Assembly (NCBI RefSeq): GCF_001194135.2
Contig: NC_068986.1
Location: 80,405,663-80,447,615, forward strand
From: Octopus bimaculoides
Lineage: Eukaryota
Direction of reading: 5' to 3'
DNA length: 41,953 nucleotides
Below the pieces are notes generated by a model. That model worked only from the letters and a program-made list of their open reading frames with translations. It did no database searches and was not told the origin of the DNA. Shown in pieces: positions 34,250 to 41,953 of the stretch. Numbering within the stretch: the stretch's first letter is position 1; each line of letters starts with the position of its first letter. Position numbers and translations under genes: made by a program.

Positions 34250-35093
34250 TGAGTCAGTACTCAACTCAAGATGAAACAAGAGAGTCTACCATACAAGACT
34301 ATGCATGGATATGTTATAAGAAAGCTCTGAGACGATAGTAACATCGATCATCAAAGCAGTTTATCATGGACCTATAGCCAGATTACTATCTCCCACTTTG
34401 AAGAGCATGCGTTTGCAATCCAAGAACAGGAAATATCAACCAATTACCCGATAAAAAAAGGGACAGAGATGCAGGAAAAGCGGTAAAATGTGACAACCGA
34501 TGCAGACTTTGTGGAGTTAACACCAAAGATATCACCCACATCATAAGCAGTTGTCCGAAATGTCATCACAGTATTATCTACCGGCGAGGTATGATGTTGT
34601 AACTAGGACACTCTAAAATGAAATCCGTCGGAAAGATAACCTTGAGGGCAAAGAAATAAGAACCCACTATATGGTAGAAGCCATAGCCACTCATAATAAA
34701 AAGGAATACTGGTGGAATGTCCCAGTGAAGACCTCAATAAAATGTTAGCACAACAGACCTAATATAATGATTTGAGATAGAGAAGAGAAATAGTAGCGGA
34801 AACTATCTGTCCAGCGAATGTTAACATAAAGCTGAAGATCAGTGAAAAAAAAAAGAATATCTACGCTGAACTATTGAGAAATCTGCAGTTACTCTATCCA
34901 GATTACAAGTTCAAGTTTATACCTCTAATTATTGGGGCCCTGGGATATGTAACACACTGTCTAAATGCCAATCTTGAGAAATTAGGCTTCTCAAAGCCAG
35001 AAAGGAGAAAGCTAATTCGAGGACTACAAATCCAATCCATCACTGGAAGTATAAAAATCTGTACAACTTTCCAGAAGTTTATAATTAAAATAT
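34250..35093 (+). mobile_element. R4-clade non-LTR retrotransposon 3' end (CCHC + restriction-like endonuclease)
   Basis: FAIQEQEI...CRLCGVNTKDITHIISSCP...YWWNVPV...HNRPNI...IYAELLRNLQLLYPDYKFKFIPLIIGALG. Confidence 0.9.
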
Positions 35094-35750
35094 ATATGAG
35101 CATGACTAGAATACATGCGAATATATGCACACATACATACATACATACATACATACATACATACATACATACATACATACATGCACATATACAAACAAAA
35201 GTACCCTGTTGTTGATGTTGACATTCTAATGAAGGATCCTTCTAGGTTAGAAACCGGCTCTTTCTATATTGGCAAGAAATCTTGAAATAAAATGAACGAC
35301 ATCCATCCATCCATCCATCCATCCATCCATTCATTCATTCATTCATAACAGGCGCTCTGTCGTTTGCAGTTCCAGCTGATCCGGTCAACTGGACAGCCTG
35401 CACGTGAAATTAATGTGCAAGTGGTTGAGAACTCCACAAACACGCGCACAACATAATTTCCAAGGAGATTCAGTGTGGCACAGGATGTGACATGGCTGGC
35501 CTTTCGAAATACAGGTACAACTCATTTTTGGCAGCTGAGTGAACTGGAGAAAGGTGAAATAAAGTGCCTTGCTGAAGGAGACAACGTACCACAGGCAGTC
35601 GAACCAACTACCTTACAATCGTGAACAGAATACCTCTAACCACTCCAAGAAATTATTATTTCTTTATTTAATTGTTTATATTATGATTTTATTTACTCCA
35701 TGTACCCAGACCTTATGGACACCCTGTATATGTATAAGTATGTTTGTATG

Positions 35751-35784
<34 letters not shown>

Positions 35785-35856
35785 TGTATGTATGTATGTA
35801 TGTATGTATGTGTTATTAATGGAATAAAATTTTAGCTTTGGTTTTATTTCTTGCAG

Positions 35857-35970
35857 AGACTAAAGCAAAGTGCAAAGCCAACCGTTGAATGGTGTCCAGC
35901 AAAGTCAAGAGTTGATCTCAAGATAAGTATCTCCAAGCCTGAGGAAGAAGTTGACAGCCATCTTTTGTAA
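35857..35970 (+). CDS. SLC6 terminal coding exon (cytoplasmic C-tail)
   Basis: ttttatttcttgcAG|AGA...TAA. RLKQSAKPTVEWCPAKSRVDLKISISKPEEEVDSHLL*. The RL....P...W.P pattern is typical of SLC6 C-tails. Phase cannot be checked because the preceding exon is in a gap. Confidence 0.8.
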   Translation, partial: RLKQSAKPTVEWCPAKSRVDLKISISKPEEEVDSHLL

Positions 35971-36147
35971 AAATCCCTTGTGTCTATGAAGTGAATATTA
36001 TAATACATGAAATGCAAACTGTTTAAATATTTAATGGCTAATAATGTTTTAGACGCCATCTCATTAAAATTTTAGTTCGTAATGAAATATGTAGGGCGAA
36101 ACCCACAACTACAGAGGAAGGTCATTCACATGTCAAGCTAGAAGACA

Positions 36148-36240
36148 AATAAAATACTTTATATATCAAACTGACATGCAAAAAAGTACGAACCACTCTC
36201 ATACTTAAAAAAGAATGTAATGATGGAAACAAACAATAAA
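36148..36240 (+). promoter_or_regulatory. Candidate polyadenylation signals of the SLC6 gene
   Basis: AATAAA at 36148-36153 and 36235-36240, 180-270 nt after the stop, followed by T-rich sequence. The AT-rich background makes chance hits likely. Confidence 0.3.
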
Positions 36241-36329
36241 AGTATAAAAATAATTTTCTTTTTCCAGCTATTTTTTCTATCGGTTTTCTTTTTTAAAATC
36301 TTTTAGTTTCTGCGAGTTCTTCGATATTT

Positions 36330-36930
36330 CTAGCTGCAGATAATAGTCTTCCCTCACTTTGCACAACATAGTTTTTCAGATCTAGTGTCTCGGCACTGAT
36401 GGTACTTTTTTTGCATTTAAGAAATCCATGCCTCCTTCCTTTCTTGATTTCCAGAACATGTTGATATTACAACGTATTATGCGTTGGGAACAGTTTTCTA
36501 GTTCTATCCAATTCCTGTAGTTCTATCTTCATGCACAGTAAAAAATAGGCCCGGGTATCTCAGCACTGGTGTGACCCAATAATTGCCTTAATGTCATTTC
36601 CTCTAGTTAGTTTCATTTCAAGCACTTTCCTAACGCCTCTTATACGTTTTGCAGATTTTTCCATCTCATTTCTCTTTCCATTATTGTAATTTATCTTGCA
36701 ACATCTCTAAATACTTGCATCTTTCATTCTCTTTCAGTGATCTCATGATATCGTTATCTTTAACCTATCAGATTTAATCTTTCAACCTACTCATTCACCC
36801 CAAACATTATACCAGTATCCTTTCTAAATATTCATACAGTCTGGACAATAGAATTCAGTTTTAGAGTATACTTTGAAGTCATCCATATATAGACAGTGGA
36901 TTTATTGTTCACTTTTCTTTTTAGCAAGCT
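36330..36930 (-). mobile_element. R4-clade RT fragment
   Basis: Minus strand IHCLYMDDFKVYSK...DTGIMFG...YKRR/VRKVLEMKLTRGNDIKAII...PVLRY. Confidence 0.75.
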
Positions 36931-37179
36931 CATAAACATGTCTGAATTTTTGTCAGTATGTTTATCAAAGGAACCAACATTATCATCAAAAGTATTTCAG
37001 TTGGGTCGTTTGCGATTTGTAAATATTTAGTAGTTGTTTAGGAATGACATATTTCTTCGCTCTGAAGACAAAAGCAAGTTTTCATGATGCAATTTTGGCT
37101 ACGTTGAGGAATTGTTTTCACTAGGTGAGATTCTAGATTAATCGTGAAAGATAGCGTCTGGAGCGTCTTCGAAAAACAT

Positions 37180-37620
37180 ATCCGTGTGACGATAGAACGG
37201 GTTTCTCGAATCTTACATTGACTGAAATTTTGGTGAAGGAGAAAGTGACTGACCAGATACTATTATCAAGGAAAGTGATTCTTGGGGTGCATTAGATCTG
37301 ATAGAATCTGTGCCAGAAAGATCAGTACATGCTGCGACAAGAAGGTATCGATACAAGAGACGACAAATGAACGGAGGCTCCCTCGGTATGTAGTTTTGCT
37401 AGCAAATTTGCGTACCAAACACGATCGAAAGCCTTGCTATTATCGAGGGCAACAGCATCGCTTTCATAAATTTCTCGAGGGACAGAGAGTACAGACAGGT
37501 GATATTTTAGAGGGCGATTTGAAGATTTTCCGGTGTTAATGAGCTTCACTAATCTCGTAGAGTATTCTCTGTTTGCTTGTTCAGAGATTTTTGCCGAATA
37601 TAACGTATACAAGATCTGCT
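37180..37620 (-). mobile_element. Decayed LINE RT fragment (Jockey/CR1 group)
   Basis: VALDNSKAFDRVWYANLLAKL (LDxSKAFD motif) with deletions around it. Confidence 0.6.
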
Positions 37621-37839
37621 TTACAAATGATTTTGCATTGATCGTGAATTTATACGTTGTATTCGTATTGTGATATTTTGGAATTATTATTTATTCAAAA
37701 TTCTTATCGCTCCTTTAAAATTATGGCTTTTAAGTGTTGNNNNNNNNNNNNNNNNNNNNNNNNNNNNNNNNNNNNNNNNNNNNNNNNNNNNNNNNNNNNN
37801 NNNNNNNNNNNNNNNNNNNNNNNNNNNNNNNNNNNNNNN

Positions 37840-37879
<40 letters not shown>

Positions 37880-37904
37880 TTCTGTGCGCACCTGATATAT
37901 ATAT

Positions 37905-38840
37905 GTATATATCAGTCAAGGAATCTTCTGATGCTAATCTTCTACAGAAAGACCTAGACGTCATATATAAATGGGCTGAGGACAACAACATGCAATTTAA
38001 TGTAGGCAAATTTCAATCCCTCCGCTACCAGCTAATTGGTGCTCAGAAGTCGCAACAATGATACTTTGGACCAAAAGGTGCGGCAATCCCAGAATCACAT
38101 ATGGTACGCGATCTTGAGATTGATATGAGCAACGATGACTCGTTTCATATGTACATCACCAAGATGGTGGCAGTATGCAGGTGATTGGCCGGATGGATTC
38201 TGAGAAACTTCAGAACAAGGAACCAGGAAACTATGCTGGTCCTGTGGAGAACATTTCTCCTCAGCCGTCTGGACTACTACTCTCAACTGTGGTTACCTTA
38301 CAGTGTTGGATTAATAGCGGAACTTGAGGCGGTTCAGTAATGCTACACAAAGAAGATTGCATGAATGGAACAGCTGGGCTACTGGGAGAGATTGAAAAAG
38401 CTATGACTCTACTCCCTGGAGCGAAGACGGGAGAGGTATGCAGTGATATATGTGTGGAAGATACTGGAGGGGCTGGCACCAAACTTTGGAATTGAGTTAG
38501 ACCTCGAATTGGACGTCACTGCACTGTTGCAAAAGTTCCAGCTAAGGGGAGGACCATGTACTGCAATAGCTTGGGCTCCACAGCTATTTGACGCATTGCC
38601 AAAACATCTGAGGGAACTCCATGGAGAGGGAGTAGATGTTTTTAAGAAACAACTTGACTTCTTGCTATCCAAGATCCCAGATGAACCAATATCAAGACAG
38701 AAAAATCAAAAGAAGGCAGCAGTGTCGAACTCCCTCCTTCACCAAAAGCCAATCACATAGAATTGGTCAATTAAAAGGTGATTACACTAGCAGGGACCCA
38801 GTATGGCCACAGCCTTAGGGCTGAAGCATATAATAGAATA
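37905..38840 (+). mobile_element. CR1-type LINE, 5'-truncated 3' end
   Basis: LQKDLDVIYKWAEDNNMQFNVGKF...GWILRNFRTR...SRLDYYSQLW...LYSLERRRERYAVIYVWKILEGLAPN, plus 3' UTR. Confidence 0.9.
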
Positions 38841-40844
38841 ATATGTATGCATTTATGTGTACGTGTCTTTGTATCTGTGTTTGTCCGCCCCCCCTCCATT
38901 ATCACTTGATATTCGATGTAGGTGTGTTTACGTTCTCATAACTTAACGGTTCGATAAAAGAGAATGATAGAATAAGTACTAGGCTTACAAAGAATAAGTC
39001 TAGGGGTCGATTTCTTCAACTAAAATCCTGAAAGTAAAATGACTGAAACAAAAGAATAAAAGAATATATAGCATGTCACTGGTGCCAAGCTGTATTGGCT
39101 TTTGTCTTTCCCTTGGATAACATTGGTGGAGAGGGGAGGTTGGTATGCATGGGCAACTGCTAGTCTTCCATAAACAACCTTGCCCGGACTTGTGCCTGGG
39201 AGGGTAACTTTCTAGGTACAATTCCTTGGTCATTCATGACTGAAGGGGTATTTACCCTTCTTTTACTTCGTGAAAAGAACACATTAATTAAATAAATACA
39301 AATATTTTTATTGTTATTTTGTCAGATAGTAGTTTAACAAGAAATTATTAAAATAATAATTGCTTTCTTTATTGTGTTTGACTGAGTTGAATTTTTCATG
39401 GAAAAAGAGAGATAATCTGTAAAATGAACAACAGAAATAACAGAGGTGTCTTCTTCAAACATCTGATGTTTGGTGAGTTTTCTCAGCAACATAGTAAATG
39501 GGGTCACAGCAGGCTGACTAATGTGGCAACCTGCATTTTGTCTCTTATAGTCTGTTTATGGTGGTACTCCTGTATGGCCACAACCATCAGGCTCGAACCA
39601 GTATAAGTGGCTAAATAACAGAGGTTGTAGCCCAATGTTTTACTTCAATTGGACATGATGGAAATTTCTGTAAGACTTCTTTCAATTGCATGGGATGTAC
39701 AAGAAGTGTCATGGGTCGGTACTCCTTCTGTACACGAGTGCAGCTGCCATCCAATGGTTTGATCAACTCCACATTTTGCAAATGTTCAAATGCCTGGTAA
39801 TAAGAAAACAAAAGAAGTATATCAGGAAAGAATTTTTCCAGCCAAAACAGAGCTGAACTTTAAGGTAAGGTTAGTCAGAAGATAAGGTATTTCGAGAATT
39901 TCTTTATTCAAATTTTCCTGCATGAAGGTTTAGCTCTCCCCAACAGTATCAAGTAGAACATTCAAAATGAAGTTGTTAGCATACATAACAGATGTAGCAA
40001 GGTGACTGACCAAGTCATTTATACCATGCCTTTCCAAATCATTTTGAAAACAACACTGACCCATCCCAAACAAGATCAATAATACAAAATACAGAACATC
40101 CACCACAAGAACACCTACTTTGATAATGGCCACATCTTAGCAAACAGACGTTGTATTACAACAATTACTGAGTTGGCAGAATCATTAGACTCCAGCTCTT
40201 TACATTCCGAGTTCAAATCCCACTAGGTACAACTTCACCTTTCATCCCTCCGTTTGCCATGCTGGCATGGGTTGGATGGTTTCACAGGAGCCGGCATGCC
40301 AGAGAATTGTGCCAAGCTTTATTTTCTGCATTGGCGTGATTTCAACAGCTAGATACCCTTCCTAACACCAATCACTTTGCAGAATATACTGGGTATTTTT
40401 TAAGTGGCACCAGCATCTGCAATCAAAATTTCAAACCTTGTATTAATATAAGGAATTATAATTATCAACACAATCATCTCACTGAAGAATAGGCCTTTGG
40501 TGTCTGGATTTACCTGTACCATTTTCCTAGCAAAAACCTCTTAATTTGCATCCAGAGCTTTCTTTAATAGTTTTCTTTCATGAAAGAATATACAGACACT
40601 ACAAGTGAATGGTTCAACAATTTCAACTGACCAGTATACAAATAAGATAAAATATAAGTACCAATACAACTTACTTACTTTCAAGACAACAGATTTTTCA
40701 AAGATCTGCAGAGAAGATTTTTGTTGGGAAAATCTCAAATATTCTTTATGAAAAATAAAGACAAGAGATATAAAAATTTACATGAAATATACAGATTTAT
40801 AGTGAGAAATACATACGCACACACATATATACATATAGTTATAT

Positions 40845-41046
40845 TTTTATTTGTTTCAGCCATGCTGGAGCACTGCCTTGAAGGATTTTAGTCAAACAAA
40901 TCAACCCCAGGACTTATTTTTTACACCTAGTACTTATTCTATCAGTCTCGTATGCCAAACCGCTAAGTTAAGGGAATGTAAGCACACTGGCACCAGTTGT
41001 CAAGTAGTAATGGGGGACAAATACAGAGACACACACACATAGATAT

Positions 41047-41079
<33 letters not shown>

Positions 41080-41245
41080 TATATGAAGGGCTTCTTTCAG
41101 TTTCTGTCTATCAAATCCACTCACAGGGTTTTGGTCAGCTCAAGCCTATAGTAGAAGACACTTGCCCGAGGTGCCACACAGAGGGACTGAACCCAAAACC
41201 ATGTGGTTGGGAAGCAAGCTTCTTACCACAGTCATACCTGCACCT
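40845..41245 (-). mobile_element. SINE family B, near full length
   Basis: Colinear with 33655-34052. Confidence 0.85.
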
Positions 41246-41309
41246 ATATATAGGTAAGTGGGATTAGGTAGGTGGGTAGGTAGGTAGGTAGGTAGGCATG
41301 TAGTAATGT

Positions 41310-41590
41310 AAAAGACCCCCTTTGGTCATGAATGACCATGGGATTACACCTAAAAAGTTACCCTCCATACTAGCCTCTCCTCTCCAAGCCACCAATGTTA
41401 TCCACGGGAAAGGTAAAGGCCAATACAGCTTGGCACCAGTGACATCGCAACTCATTTCTACAATTGAGTGCACTGGAGCAACATGAAATAAAGTGTCTTG
41501 CTCAAGAACACAACACACAGCTTGGTCCAGGAATTGAACTCACTACCTCATGATTGCAAGCTTGATGTTCTAACCACTGAGCCATGCACC
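41310..41590. mobile_element. SINE-like family C
   Basis: GGTCATGAATGACC...CAACTCATTTCTAC...GAAATAAAGTGTCTTGCTCAAGAACACAAC shared with ~15700-15825, ~35340-35635 and (inverted) ~39075-39262. Confidence 0.75.
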
Positions 41591-41719
41591 TTCACAGATA
41601 GGGATGTAGGTAGGTGGTATAGATATATATATACATACATGTGTATATGTGAGTGTGTATGTGTTTTCTGTCTTCTCTCAGCATTTGAATGCTGCATATA
41701 AATAAGGTCATCAACCACA

Positions 41720-41953
41720 ATCATCATCATCATCATCATCATCGTTTAACGTCCGCTTTCCATGCTAGCATGGGTTGGACGATTTGACTGAGGACTGGTG
41801 AAACCGGATGGCAACACCAGGCTCCAGTCTGATTTGGCAGAGTTTCTACAGCTGGATGCTCTTCCTAACGCCAACCACTCAGAGAAGTGTAGTGCGTGCT
41901 TTTACGTGTCACCCGCACGAAAACGGCCACGCTCGAAATGGTGTCTTTTATGT
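41720..41953 (-). mobile_element. SINE/LINE-tail family E (RTE-like 3' end)
   Basis: (CAT)n followed by CGTTTAACGTCCGC...GCTGGATGCTCTTCCTAACGCCAACC. Related copy at ~40255-40410. Confidence 0.6.

Larger units (their letters stand above)
4191..37839. other. Six assembly gaps (N runs)
   Basis: 4191-4824, 14043-14403, 25671-26307, 30149-~31146, 32118-~32893, 37740-37839. Confidence 0.98.

Noticed and set aside
4180-38061. Long ORFs of 130-397 aa in the ORF track
   Set aside because: They span N-gaps (X runs) and are not real coding evidence.
39424-40133. Cluster of 60-67 aa ORFs with coding-like composition
   Set aside because: No recognisable motif or consistent splice structure on either strand. 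Possibly an old transposon; a tBLASTx search would be needed.
1-41953. CRISPR arrays, rRNA and prokaryotic operons
   Set aside because: None seen. The sequence is a eukaryotic intron-rich locus.

Overview
AT-rich, microsatellite-dense eukaryotic genomic DNA with six N-gaps. The repeat landscape looks like an octopus/coleoid cephalopod genome (inference, no search run). The window holds the 3' ~80% of one plus-strand SLC6 (neurotransmitter:sodium symporter, amino-acid-transporter type) gene. Ten complete coding exons chain in frame with GT-AG sites from TM3 to the stop at 35968-35970, and an eleventh (TM12) starts at 32087 and runs into a gap. The TM1-TM2 exons lie upstream of the window. The protein has unusual ion/substrate-site residues: Asp at the SERT N368 position, Ile at F341, His at G442 and Gln at E444. 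The introns contain decayed Penelope-like elements (PLEs), R4-clade, CR1 and L1/Tx1-like LINE fragments, a two-LTR Gypsy relic, a mariner derivative and several SINE families. The most notable non-coding signal is a set of PLE-type minimal type I hammerhead ribozyme motifs on the sense strand of the introns: near-intact at 4994-5090 and 14611-14658, degraded at 3051-3206 and 21202-21239. Two of them have inverted partner copies, and one pair forms a ~136-bp-arm hairpin 70 nt upstream of an exon.
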